DNA of 64,000 nt from a candidate division WOR-3 bacterium (GTDB lineage Bacteria > Hydrothermota > Hydrothermia > JBDRYB01). Positions 28,779 to 38,559 of the stretch are shown in pieces. How positions within the stretch are numbered: the stretch's first letter is position 1; each line of letters begins with the position of its first letter. The translations under genes were made by a program, and so were the position numbers. The DNA is taken from NCBI GenBank assembly GCA_039803205.1, contig JBDRYB010000002.1:32001-96000 (forward strand), written 5' to 3'. Below the pieces are notes generated by a model, which was not told the DNA's origin, did no database searches, and saw only the letters and a list, made by a program, of their open reading frames with translations.

Positions 28779-31127
28779 CTACTTGAACCACTCCTTCTTT
28801 TTCTTCTCCAGCTCCTCCTTGGCCTTTTTCTTCTGTTTCTCTGCCTCCTCTTGTGCTTTCTTCTTAGCTTTCTCGGCCTCTTCCTGGGCCTTCTTCTTTG
28901 CCTTCTCAGCTTCCTCCATTACCTTTTCCTTGCCCTTCTCCAGCTCTTTGCCCACCTCTTCCTCTATCTGCTTTCCTACATCTGTCCCGGTTATCTTTAT
29001 CTCAGGGGAATCCATTGTCCCGCCCAGCTCAAAGTAAAATGTCGCGGCCTGCATGTTCGGAATTATGAGGTTTGAAAGCCGTGGCGAAAGCGCTTTAACC
29101 TTTGTCAGATCCACATCCAGGCTCAGATCAAGGTCAAGCTCCTTCTGGAAAGAGGCCCTGCCAACGAAAGCAAGCCCTACATCTTCGGATGAGAATGTGA
29201 GCCTCCTGCAACTGACCCATCCGTCTTTGACCATGAAACCCGTCTCGCAAGAGCTGTAGGCGTATGAACCGAGTGAGGCTATGCCTGTAAAATCCGCCAG
29301 TTGTCTCATCAGGGCTGAACCCTGAACCCTGCCTCCGGATGACCAAACCCTTCCCTCAAGTGTTATGGTGGCCAGAGGGTCCGCGACCCGGAATTCTCCG
29401 GAGACCGAAAAAGAAGCCCTACCGGAGAGCTTAGCACCAAGAGGATCGTGCTTCTTGGAGAACTCGGATAGGTCAAATCCGGAAAGCGTTATATCCATCC
29501 TGACAAGCTGGGGCCTCGCGTGGGATATGCTGGCTCTGCCTGAGAGAGTCCCCCCGTAGAGGGAGGCCCTGAGGCCCTCGCCATACAGCCCATTTTCGTC
29601 AGAGAGAACGCTCACTTGGAGGTTCCGGATCTCCTCGCCCCTTAGCCCTACCCAGTCCGCGTGAAACTCAAGCCTGCCCCTGGGGATGATGTCCGGGGTA
29701 AAGTCCCCCGCGCCGCCTGTTCCGCCTTTTGGCAGGAGCGCGTCAAGGTCAATCCTCTGCGCCCTCACGGAGAAATATCCCTCCTTCCGGATGGGATAAG
29801 CGATGCCTGATGCGGAGAGGGAAAGGTAGGAGGAGGAGACGCTGAGATGGTTGAGCTTGGTAGAATCAGGGGTGTAGATGATCTCTGCTTCCGCGAGGTC
29901 GATCTCCTCAGGGAGGCCCTTTGTCCTAAAGTTCTTGAGGGTAGCCGATGCCTTCACCGATGGATTTTCCGGAGTCCCGGAGGCCCTGAATGTGAACTCA
30001 GCCCTGCCGCTCACCTCCGGGAGAAAGTCCTCAAACCAGAGCGAGGCCTGACCGTTTATGAAATAGGCTATTCTGGGCATGAAGATTACGGTCCCTTCAA
30101 GGGAGCCCTTTGTCCTGCCGGATGAAGCGGCAACATCCAGGTTGACCCTATCCCCAGCAAGACCAAGCCTAAGCCTGTAGAAATTCACTGGCTCAGGGGC
30201 CGCATCTGTTTTCACGGAAAGCCCGGAGGCATCAAGAGAACCCCAAGCCCCCGCGAGCTTCACCGAGGTATCCTTTTTCGCTAGCTCAACCCGGAGGCTG
30301 TCTATCTTTATCTCGCCTTTCAGAGACACCTGGCCGGATAATCCACCCATGTCAAGGGACTGAGCGGGGAGAATGAGGGTATAGGATGAGGAATCACCGG
30401 AAAGCCCCCTCGCAGAGAGCATAAATACGGCCCCCATTTTGTCAACCGAAACCCTTGATTCTCCTAGGGAAAGCGAGTCTCCGCCCTGATCGTAAAAACC
30501 AGAGACCTTCCACGCAAGGGGCTTGTTGACCAGGCCTGGCGCGAGAACGAGGCCAATTGCCTTGCCCTCTGATCTCAGCCTCACCTCGGTTTTCTTTGAA
30601 ACCGAGGCTGAGAGGGACATGTTTATCTCAGAGAGGGCGAGGGTTGTCTCCCTTTCGGCTGATAGCAGGGTAAGTGAGCCGTTCTTGACCCTGAGGCCGC
30701 CCATCTCAAGGGCAAAGGGCAGTTCCTGCTCCTTTTCGGGTTTCCTGGAGGGCTTTGATGGCCCAGATATGAGGGTTATCTCAGGGTTTTCAATATCTAT
30801 CCCGGCAAAGGAAACCTGGCCCCAGAACAGGGGCAGGATTTTTACATTCAGGCGGGCCCTTTTTACCTTTGCCAGAGGCGGATCCCCCTCTCTTTCTCCA
30901 GCGATGAAAACGCTGTCTATATTAACGCCTATTCCCGTAAGACCTATGCCCAGGCTTGCCTTACCTATCTCAACCTTCCTGTTCAGCTCACGAGAGGCCC
31001 TCGCGGAGACCGCACGCGCGACGGTTGTGGGGTTCACGATGGCCCTGAGATAGAAGAAGCCTCCAACCAGAAGCATGATAACCGCGCCAGCGATAACGCA
31101 TATGGTTATAAGCCATTTCCTCTTCAT
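28779..31127 (-). CDS. AsmA-family protein
   Basis: N-terminal TM, LNRKVEIG...VKILPLFWG.V; long beta-taco-like body; GGT..SP.I followed by a K/E-rich repeat tail. Confidence 0.75.
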   Translation of the reverse strand: MKRKWLITICVIAGAVIMLLVGGFFYLRAIVNPTTVARAVSARASRELNRKVEIGKASLGIGLTGIGVNIDSVFIAGEREGDPPLAKVKRARLNVKILPLFWGQVSFAGIDIENPEITLISGPSKPSRKPEKEQELPFALEMGGLRVKNGSLTLLSAERETTLALSEINMSLSASVSKKTEVRLRSEGKAIGLVLAPGLVNKPLAWKVSGFYDQGGDSLSLGESRVSVDKMGAVFMLSARGLSGDSSSYTLILPAQSLDMGGLSGQVSLKGEIKIDSLRVELAKKDTSVKLAGAWGSLDASGLSVKTDAAPEPVNFYRLRLGLAGDRVNLDVAASSGRTKGSLEGTVIFMPRIAYFINGQASLWFEDFLPEVSGRAEFTFRASGTPENPSVKASATLKNFRTKGLPEEIDLAEAEIIYTPDSTKLNHLSVSSSYLSLSASGIAYPIRKEGYFSVRAQRIDLDALLPKGGTGGAGDFTPDIIPRGRLEFHADWVGLRGEEIRNLQVSVLSDENGLYGEGLRASLYGGTLSGRASISHARPQLVRMDITLSGFDLSEFSKKHDPLGAKLSGRASFSVSGEFRVADPLATITLEGRVWSSGGRVQGSALMRQLADFTGIASLGSYAYSSCETGFMVKDGWVSCRRLTFSSEDVGLAFVGRASFQKELDLDLSLDVDLTKVKALSPRLSNLIIPNMQAATFYFELGGTMDSPEIKITGTDVGKQIEEEVGKELEKGKEKVMEEAEKAKKKAQEEAEKAKKKAQEEAEKQKKKAKEELEKKKKEWFK

Positions 31128-31202
31128 AGTGCTAGATTATAAAACAGGGTCAGGCTTCCGCGCCTGTTCTGGTTAGACCTGGACTATCGCGCTCCGGTTA
31201 GC

Positions 31203-32699
31203 CTACCTTATCAGCTTCACCGTCCTCGTTCCTCCTTGATACCTCAGGACGGCCAGGTGGACGCCCCTTATCCCTGTTTTTGGGATAAATGTGTGGGTTC
31301 CGGGAGCCAGGAGGCCATCATAAAGATTCTGGATCAGACGGCCCCCCGCGTCGTAAAGCGAGAGGGAGACCCATGCCTCCGCGGGCAAAAAGAGGGATAC
31401 GCCTCGTCCCCATGGGCGGAACTCAATTGCGTTCAGGCCCCCATTTTCTCCTGCGCCCAGAGCCCCACAGCCCGTTGCATTGATAGGGTCATCAAGCGCA
31501 TAGAGGTAATAGTCCGCTGTCCCTACTATCACCTCTATACAGCCATCGCCGTCTATGTCCCCAGGGAACGGAGAATGAACATCCCAGCCAACAGCCCTTT
31601 TCCAGCAGAGGGTGCCGTTTTCGGCGTTGAAGCAGTAAAGCGTGTCAGGCCCCATCTCCACATTCGGGACCATGACCTCAAGCCTGTCATCCCCGTCAAC
31701 ATCCGCGAGGGAAACCGCGGTGTGGAGCCATACTCCACTGGTAGGGGAAGCCCATTCTGCCGCGCCGGATGAACCATCCAGACAATACATGTTCATGTCA
31801 TAACTGCCTATGAAGACCTCAAGCTGGCCGTCTTCATCCGCATCCGCTATCGCGGGGGATGATACCACGACATTCCCTGTTACAAAGAGCCATTCCTGCG
31901 CGCCAGTTGCACCATCAACGCAATAGACATTGTAATCGGTTGAACCAAAGACAGCCTCAAGAACGCCATCGCCGTCAAGGTCTGCGACCGCTGGGGATGA
32001 TATTACGGTGTTGCCCGTGAGAAACGACCACTCCAGCGCGCCAGTTGCACCATCAACGCAATAGACCCTATAGTCCTTTGAGCCGAAAACAACCTCCATG
32101 TCTCCGTCCGCATCAAGATCCGCGACCGCAGGGGCACAGACTACATCTCCGCCGGTGAGAAAGCTCCATTTCTGGCCACCTGAGCCATTAAGGCAGTAGA
32201 GCCTGTCATCAGAGGAACCGAAAACGATCTCAGGCAAACCATCGCCGTCAAGATCCGATATTGTAGGATGGGAATCAACATAATTTCCGGTGGTGAAAGA
32301 CCATTCCAACGCGCCATTTGAGCCAGTAAGGCAATAGAATTTGTAATCATCAGAACCGAAGACAACCTCCAAGGAGCCATCACCGTCAACATCCGCGACA
32401 GCAGGGGACGAGTATATCCTGTTGCCGGTCGGGAAGCTCCATTTCTGAGCGCCTATCGCGCCGTTCAGGCAATACATCTTGTAGTCGCAGCTCCCGAAAA
32501 CGATCTCGGTCAGGCCATCACCATCAACATCAACTATGGCGGAGTTCTGCCACTCCACATAATGCCCCGTCAGAAAGCTCCATTTTACAACAGGCGCTGT
32601 TGTCATGGCGCCTTTCATGTTTTGCACGGAGCTGTGTTCGGGGTCAGCGCCCCACATGGGCCATGTCCCATAGACAGAAAAAAGCAGACAAATGAACAT
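31203..32699 (-). CDS. Secreted FG-GAP/PQQ-like beta-propeller with T9SS-like C-terminal domain
   Basis: Repeats of SSPAVADLDGDG..EVVFGS.D..YC..G..G...W.F.TG; C-terminal LSLYDAGGRLIQ...GVHLAVL...KLIR. Confidence 0.8.
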   Translation of the reverse strand: MFICLLFSVYGTWPMWGADPEHSSVQNMKGAMTTAPVVKWSFLTGHYVEWQNSAIVDVDGDGLTEIVFGSCDYKMYCLNGAIGAQKWSFPTGNRIYSSPAVADVDGDGSLEVVFGSDDYKFYCLTGSNGALEWSFTTGNYVDSHPTISDLDGDGLPEIVFGSSDDRLYCLNGSGGQKWSFLTGGDVVCAPAVADLDADGDMEVVFGSKDYRVYCVDGATGALEWSFLTGNTVISSPAVADLDGDGVLEAVFGSTDYNVYCVDGATGAQEWLFVTGNVVVSSPAIADADEDGQLEVFIGSYDMNMYCLDGSSGAAEWASPTSGVWLHTAVSLADVDGDDRLEVMVPNVEMGPDTLYCFNAENGTLCWKRAVGWDVHSPFPGDIDGDGCIEVIVGTADYYLYALDDPINATGCGALGAGENGGLNAIEFRPWGRGVSLFLPAEAWVSLSLYDAGGRLIQNLYDGLLAPGTHTFIPKTGIRGVHLAVLRYQGGTRTVKLIR

Positions 32700-32711
32700 C
32701 TCTAAAGCCTC

Positions 32712-34202
32712 TTATCTTACCATCTTTATCCTCTTAATTCCCCCCGGATATCTCAGAACCGCCAGATAGACGCCCCTTCCTTCCGGTTTCGGAATAAAGG
32801 TATGCGCGCCAGCCGAGACTATGCCCTCGTAAAGGTTCTGAACGAGCCGGCCCCCAGCGTCATAGAGGGATAATGAAACCTGGGTTTGGATCGGCGCAAA
32901 GAGGTAAAGCCCCCTGCCCATGGGCCTTAACTGAAAACCCCCCAGCCCAATCTCGTCCAGGCCGAGCTCAGAGCAGGTAGTATCTCCGGGGTCATCCAGG
33001 GCGTGAAGCCGGTAAAGCGCCATTGAATATATGCCAACCGTTATCTCGGAACAGCCATCGTTGTCAATGTCGCCTACCGATGGGTCCCGAAGCCGGGTGC
33101 CAGTGAGGGTCTTTGCCCAAAGCTGAGACCCAGATTCCGCGTTAAGGCAGTATAGGGTGTTGGAAAGAGGCGCGACCAGGACCTCAAGGAGGCCGTCGCC
33201 ATCAAGGTCAGCTATGGCTGGGTCAGCTCGGATAGCCGCGTTCGCGGCGAAGGACCACTTTTGCGCGCCCGTAGCGCCGTTGATGCAATATAGCTTGAGG
33301 TCATAACTGCCGACCAGCACATCAAGAACCCCATCTCCGTCGCAATCCGCTATTGCCGGGGAAGAGAATACATCCCCTCCGGTCGGAAAGGCCCACTTTT
33401 GTGTCCCTGATGACGAAACGCAGTAAAGGGTATCATCCCGAGAGCCGATGACCGTTTCCTGCTGGCCATCGTCATCAAGGTCTGCGACCGCTGGGGATGA
33501 ACGAATCGTGTCCCCGGTGTTGAAGGCCCACATTTGGATTCCTGTGCCAGAAACGCAATAAAGATAGCCATCATAACTGCCAACCAGTATCTCCAACGAG
33601 CCATCCCCATCAAGATCAGCAACAGCAGGGGAAGATTCTATGCCTCCGCTGGTTGGAAAAACCCATTCCCTGATGCCTGGCGAGGAGATGCAATAGAGGG
33701 TATCGTTGTAGCTTCCAAAGATGATCTCAAGAACCCCATCCCCATCGCAATCCGCCACAGCGGCTGAGGAACGAATCAGGGTATCAGTTGTGAAGAAGGC
33801 CCACTCCTGGGTTCCCGCATCAGATATGCAATATAGATTCCCATCATAGTTCCCGGCGAGAACCTCAAGACCTCCATCGCCATCAACATCAGCCACAGCG
33901 GGTGTTGCCTGAAACCAGTCCCCAGCTGTGAAACGCCATTCCTCCGCGCCGGTTATCCCGTTCAGCGCGGCCAGCCTGGTTGAGAAATCCCCGGAGAGGA
34001 CCTCTGGTATCCCGTCACGGTTAACATCGGCTATTGCTGGTGCTCGGATGTCTATATTGCTCCAGACATATGTCCACTTTACAACAGCGCTGTCGTCCAT
34101 GTAACCAACCATGGGTTGAAGGTGGGTGTGCTCCCTATCGCCGCCATAGCAAGGCCACTGGCCGTATGGGGCGGCTCCAAAAAGAACCAAGCTTATCATC
34201 AT
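32712..34202 (-). CDS. Secreted FG-GAP/PQQ-like beta-propeller with T9SS-like C-terminal domain (paralog)
   Basis: Same repeat unit and very similar C-terminal domain as 31203-32699; GGGAGG SD. Confidence 0.8.
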   Translation of the reverse strand: MMISLVLFGAAPYGQWPCYGGDREHTHLQPMVGYMDDSAVVKWTYVWSNIDIRAPAIADVNRDGIPEVLSGDFSTRLAALNGITGAEEWRFTAGDWFQATPAVADVDGDGGLEVLAGNYDGNLYCISDAGTQEWAFFTTDTLIRSSAAVADCDGDGVLEIIFGSYNDTLYCISSPGIREWVFPTSGGIESSPAVADLDGDGSLEILVGSYDGYLYCVSGTGIQMWAFNTGDTIRSSPAVADLDDDGQQETVIGSRDDTLYCVSSSGTQKWAFPTGGDVFSSPAIADCDGDGVLDVLVGSYDLKLYCINGATGAQKWSFAANAAIRADPAIADLDGDGLLEVLVAPLSNTLYCLNAESGSQLWAKTLTGTRLRDPSVGDIDNDGCSEITVGIYSMALYRLHALDDPGDTTCSELGLDEIGLGGFQLRPMGRGLYLFAPIQTQVSLSLYDAGGRLVQNLYEGIVSAGAHTFIPKPEGRGVYLAVLRYPGGIKRIKMVR

Positions 34203-34375
34203 ACCAAAACCTCCCTACTCTCAGACTATATTATTATAAAACAAAGTGTTTCTCGGAATGTATCCCATAAGGGGGCTCCGGTTAAAACAATGCGTCTAGA
34301 CATGGTTCATATTCTGCGGAAAAAGCTCACAACGAGCTCACAGCCTAGATCTGGTTCCCTGTCCTTTGCTGGGTA

Positions 34376-35266
34376 TCAAAACATCTTTCGCCTGAATTCC
34401 TCTATTCGCTTGTTTGCTAGCTCTAAGTAGCCTTTATCTATCTCATACCCTACATAACGACGCCCAGTGGCTAGGGCCGCTATGGCTGTCTGGCCAGAGC
34501 CCATGAACGGGTCAAGGATGACCTCTCCTTCAAATGTGTAAAGAAGAATGAGCCTCCTCGGCAATTCAACCGGGAATGGCGCTGGATGGCCAACCTGTTT
34601 CGCTGAGGCCGCGGGGAATGTCCAGAGGCTCTTTGTGTATTCTAGGAATTCCTCTCTGGATATATTGCTCTTTTTGCCTCGGGAAGGCCTGCTGAAGCCC
34701 TCCTTTGAGAAAACCAGGATATACTCGTGGACATCACGGAGGATTGGGTTCGCCGCGCTCATCCAGCTCCCCCAAGCAGTTGATGAACTGGCGCTTTCCG
34801 CCTTGTTCCAGATTATCTCCCCGCGCATGAGAAAGCCGATATCCAGCATGTCTTGAATAATGTAAGCGTGCAAAGGGATATATGGCTTCCTGCCAAGGTT
34901 GGCAACATTCACACAAGCCCTGCCCCCCGGAACCAGGACTCGGTAAACCTCCTTCCAGACCCTCTTTAGTAATCCGAGATACTCGCTGAGGCTGAGATCT
35001 TCATCGTATTCCTTGCCAACATTGTAAGGGGGCGAGGTCACCATGAGGTGGACAGAGCGATCCGGCAGCTCGTCCATCTCCTCTGAGGACTTCAGAAATA
35101 TCCTGTTGAGGTTCTCAGACGGAATAGGGTTCTCCGCGTATCTGACCCCTTTCTCAGCTGGGAGGCCCTCGTATAGCTTGCTGGCGTAAAACCTCGATGA
35201 ATCATGCCCTATCCTTCCGGGGGAACCGAAGGGGCTGGTTCTAGTGGACTTCCTTTTCTTGGCCAG
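34376..35266 (-). CDS. Orphan site-specific DNA methyltransferase (N4-C/N6-A, beta class)
   Basis: VTSPPYN precedes HPAPFP and LDPFMGSG; start codon uncertain (CTG 35266 proposed). Confidence 0.88.
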   Translation of the reverse strand: MAKKRKSTRTSPFGSPGRIGHDSSRFYASKLYEGLPAEKGVRYAENPIPSENLNRIFLKSSEEMDELPDRSVHLMVTSPPYNVGKEYDEDLSLSEYLGLLKRVWKEVYRVLVPGGRACVNVANLGRKPYIPLHAYIIQDMLDIGFLMRGEIIWNKAESASSSTAWGSWMSAANPILRDVHEYILVFSKEGFSRPSRGKKSNISREEFLEYTKSLWTFPAASAKQVGHPAPFPVELPRRLILLYTFEGEVILDPFMGSGQTAIAALATGRRYVGYEIDKGYLELANKRIEEFRRKMF

Positions 35267-35369
35267 ATAAAGATTATATCTCCTCCAGGGGAGCAGATTC
35301 AATCGCGCAACCAAAGGGCAAAGCCAGGCCTGAGTGCAAAAATTCGTTGCCGCCCGATATAATTTCCCC

Positions 35370-37034
35370 GTGCGCGAACTATCCGCGAAGGCCCTTATAA
35401 CAGGCATCCTCCTTTCGGTATTCTTCGGGGTCGCAAACGCTTACCTCGCCCTTCGTATGGGGATGACTGTCTCGGCATCCATACCCGCCGCGGTCATGGC
35501 GGTCGCGCTCTTCAGATTAATCCGCGGCAGCATAGGCGAATCCAATATGGTCCAGACGATCGCCTCAGCCGGGGAATCCCTCGCGGCTGGCATCGCTTTT
35601 ACCATACCCGCTTTCTTCATACTCGGGGCGAAGCCGCATATCGCGCTCATCGTCCTCATAGCCCTCACTGGCGGCTCAGTTGGGATACTCGCCCTTTCCG
35701 TGGTTAGGCGCCATTTGATAGAGGAAGAGAAATTGCCGTTTCCGGAGGGAACCGCGTGCGCGCAGGTCCTGAGGGCAGGGGAGCGCGGGGGCGCGGGCGC
35801 TATAGCCATCTCAGGGGGTTTTGCTTTTGTATACAGGATCATGGGAGCGATGGGCTTCTTCTCCGACAAGCCGGGTCTTCCCGCGAGCTGGACATACCTG
35901 AGCGCTGATCTGAGCCCAGCTGTCTTTGGCGCTGGCTACATCCTGGGGCCGAGGCTCTCGGGGTTCGTCCTATCAGGGGGGATTCTTGGCTGGCTGGTTA
36001 TAGTGCCGCTCATTTCCCTTTTCAACAAAACGCCGGTCACATCCGCGGAGGTGGCTGATGGGATATGGGCAAATTACCTCAGGTTCATAGGCGCTGGGGC
36101 GGTTCTGGTCGGAGGGATTATCGGCCTTCTCAGGGTGATAATCCCGGTTTTCAGGGGCCTGGTGGGGAGCCTGAGGGGAGGTCGGGACATCCCCCTTCCT
36201 TATGTTTTGGCGGGCCTCATCGTGATATTTCTGGTTCTATGGCTTGTTCCCCCTGTGGCAATAGGGCCCGTAGGAGCCATCCTAGCCCTCACCCTCTCTT
36301 TCCTCTTCGCTGTGGTTTCCGCGAGGGTCGTTGGAATAGTTGGCTCATCATCTAACCCCGTTTCAGGGATGACAGTGGCCGCGGTCCTCCTCTCCGCTCT
36401 AGTGATGAAATTGCTCGGCGCGGGAACGCTCTGGACAGCCCTAGCGCTGGCTGGGGTTGTCTGTATATCAGCCGCGATTGCCGGAGACACATCCCAGGAC
36501 CTCAAGACCGGGTTTTTGGTCGGCGCGACGCCCGTAAAACAGCAATTTGGAGAACTGCTTGGCGTTCTGTTCTCGTCCCTGGCAGTAGCCTGGGCCATGT
36601 TCCTCTTTAACCAGGCCTGGGGATTTACTGGGGGCGAGCTCCGGGCTCCGCAGGCAAATATCATGGCGATAATAACTCAGGGCGTTTTCCAGGGGACCGT
36701 TCCCTGGCACCTTCTCTTTATCGGCGGGGCCGCGGCGCTTGGAGTTGAAGTCCTCGGAATAGGCTCACTCCCCTTCGCGGTTGGACTTTACCTCCCCCTT
36801 GACCTCTCAACCGGTCTCTTTCTTGGGGGCCTACTATCGTGGGCCTTCCGGGCAAGGGGACAGAACCTCGCGGCCTCCGGCCTCATTGCTGGAGACGCTT
36901 TTTCTGGGCTCCTGGTTGCTGGTTTGGCCGCAGTGGGCGTTGGCCTTCCGCAGATCCTCAATTTCGGGGCCTGGGGAACGCCAGTCGCTCTAGCGGCCCT
37001 TTGTCTGGTCCTGTGGTTCCTGAGAGGGAAGTAA
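35370..37034 (+). CDS. OPT-family oligopeptide transporter
   Basis: ANAYLALRMGMTVSASIPAAV, LPFPEGTACA.VL, GSSSNPVSGM, QDLKTG.LVGATP, APQA. Confidence 0.93.
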   Translation: MRELSAKALITGILLSVFFGVANAYLALRMGMTVSASIPAAVMAVALFRLIRGSIGESNMVQTIASAGESLAAGIAFTIPAFFILGAKPHIALIVLIALTGGSVGILALSVVRRHLIEEEKLPFPEGTACAQVLRAGERGGAGAIAISGGFAFVYRIMGAMGFFSDKPGLPASWTYLSADLSPAVFGAGYILGPRLSGFVLSGGILGWLVIVPLISLFNKTPVTSAEVADGIWANYLRFIGAGAVLVGGIIGLLRVIIPVFRGLVGSLRGGRDIPLPYVLAGLIVIFLVLWLVPPVAIGPVGAILALTLSFLFAVVSARVVGIVGSSSNPVSGMTVAAVLLSALVMKLLGAGTLWTALALAGVVCISAAIAGDTSQDLKTGFLVGATPVKQQFGELLGVLFSSLAVAWAMFLFNQAWGFTGGELRAPQANIMAIITQGVFQGTVPWHLLFIGGAAALGVEVLGIGSLPFAVGLYLPLDLSTGLFLGGLLSWAFRARGQNLAASGLIAGDAFSGLLVAGLAAVGVGLPQILNFGAWGTPVALAALCLVLWFLRGK

Positions 37035-37148
37035 AACCTTTTGACACCCCATTTTCTAAGCGGATCACCACCCGCCAGATCCTTGGACAAATCTGAGCGA
37101 GGTCAGCGCGCGGCCTTGAAGCTCCAGGGGTCAAACCATTATAATATT

Positions 37149-38114
37149 ATGGTGATGAACGGATTGGTTTTGATGATGGCCCTCGTGGCCCAGCAGGTTG
37201 AAACCGATCCATCGCTTTTTGCCGACAGCTTTAATCTCCGCACCATAGCCCAGTGGGCAAGAGGAAACACTCATTACATAATCTACGATGGCCAATATGT
37301 CTACGCGAGCACCCTTGAGAGGGAGATCTCCATAATTGATGTCTCTGTTCCGGATGACCCTATTGAGATAGGGAGCATCAGCGTGAGCAATGTGCCCCTT
37401 GGCCTCGCCAAGAAAGGGGAGTTCCTCTTTGTGGCCCTCGGGGATAAAGGGCTCTGCTCCATACAGATAACCGACCCCTCAATACCTGAGATGGTCTCGT
37501 GCGCTGATACGCCGGATTCCGCTATAATCGTCTGTATCCAAGGAAATTACGCCTATGTCGCAGATGGTGACTCCGGGATAAGGGTGATAAGCATCGCTGA
37601 CCCATATAACCTCAAGGAGGTTGGTTTTTACGATACTAAAGGCTTCGCCAGGAGCATCGTGGTTTCCGGAAAATACGCTTATGTCGCTGATGGAAACGAA
37701 GGGCTTGTTATCCTTGATGTCACGAATCCGACATCGCCGAAGTTCGTGAATTCCCTCAAGCTTGAGAGCTTCGCGAATGATGTTGAAATAAGCGGTAAAT
37801 ACGCATATGTGGCTATCGGAAAGGATGGGGTAAGGGTCGTTGACATAACGAACCCCAGGGATCTAAAGGTCGTTGGTCACTGGACTGGGCCTGGCGCGGC
37901 TATTGGCGTAAGGGTTCAGGGTGACAAGCTTACAATAGGAGCCGCATCCGGTGGGGTCCGTCTGATGGACCTCCGGCAGGAGCGTGAGCTAGCGCACTAC
38001 ACCCCTCCGAGATACACCAGGGATTTCGTATTTGAGGTCATACTATGCGGGAACTATCTCCTGGCGGCCTCTCGTTCAGGGCTTATTGTCTATGAATACA
38101 CGCCGCAAAACTAG
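37149..38114 (+). CDS. LVIVD-repeat exported protein
   Basis: Repeated G.YAYVA.G..G(L/I/V).(V/I).D(V/I).NP; signal-like N-terminus. Confidence 0.85.
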   Translation: MVMNGLVLMMALVAQQVETDPSLFADSFNLRTIAQWARGNTHYIIYDGQYVYASTLEREISIIDVSVPDDPIEIGSISVSNVPLGLAKKGEFLFVALGDKGLCSIQITDPSIPEMVSCADTPDSAIIVCIQGNYAYVADGDSGIRVISIADPYNLKEVGFYDTKGFARSIVVSGKYAYVADGNEGLVILDVTNPTSPKFVNSLKLESFANDVEISGKYAYVAIGKDGVRVVDITNPRDLKVVGHWTGPGAAIGVRVQGDKLTIGAASGGVRLMDLRQERELAHYTPPRYTRDFVFEVILCGNYLLAASRSGLIVYEYTPQN

Positions 38115-38490
38115 GGGAGCCAGAAAGCCCTGCCACGCCATAAACACCTGTCCTGCCTGCGGGTCTGATATGATCGTCACGCAGCTTACATGCCCATCTT
38201 GCGGAACGGAGCTCAGGGGCAATTTCCGTCCGAACGAGTTCGCCTTCCTCACGGATGATAAGCTGGAGTTTCTCAGGCTGTTTCTCAGGCTCAGGGGGAA
38301 CCTCACGGAGCTCGCGAAGGAGATCGGGGTTTCTTATCCTACCGCGAGGGTGAGGTTTGACGAGCTCATGGAGGCGCTGGGTTACGCGGAGAGAACTGGA
38401 CCCCGGCCTGAGGTTGAAAGGGTTCTCAGCATGCTTGAAAGGGGCGAGATAACCGCTGAGGAGGCTGAGAGCCTGCTTAGAGGGCTATGA
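38092..38490 (+). CDS. DUF2089-family Zn-ribbon/HTH protein with SHOCT-like tail
   Basis: CPACG...CPSCGT...G.F; RGNL.E....GVSYPTAR.R; VLSMLERGEITAEEA. Confidence 0.85.
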   Translation: MNTRRKTRGARKPCHAINTCPACGSDMIVTQLTCPSCGTELRGNFRPNEFAFLTDDKLEFLRLFLRLRGNLTELAKEIGVSYPTARVRFDELMEALGYAERTGPRPEVERVLSMLERGEITAEEAESLLRGL

Positions 38491-38559
38491 ATTGATAGCG
38501 AGTCTTCGGGTTCTCACGAGATATGACGAGGAAGATGTCCCGAAGATTTTAACTCCACC

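Noticed and set aside
28790..28960. Tandem ~33-bp repeat (EEAEKAKKKAQ) as a VNTR or separate element
   Set aside because: It is the coding K/E-rich helical tail of the AsmA protein.
31780..33920. Regularly spaced DNA repeats as a possible CRISPR array
   Set aside because: They are degenerate, in-frame codings of ~42-aa propeller blades; there is no repeat-spacer structure and no cas gene.
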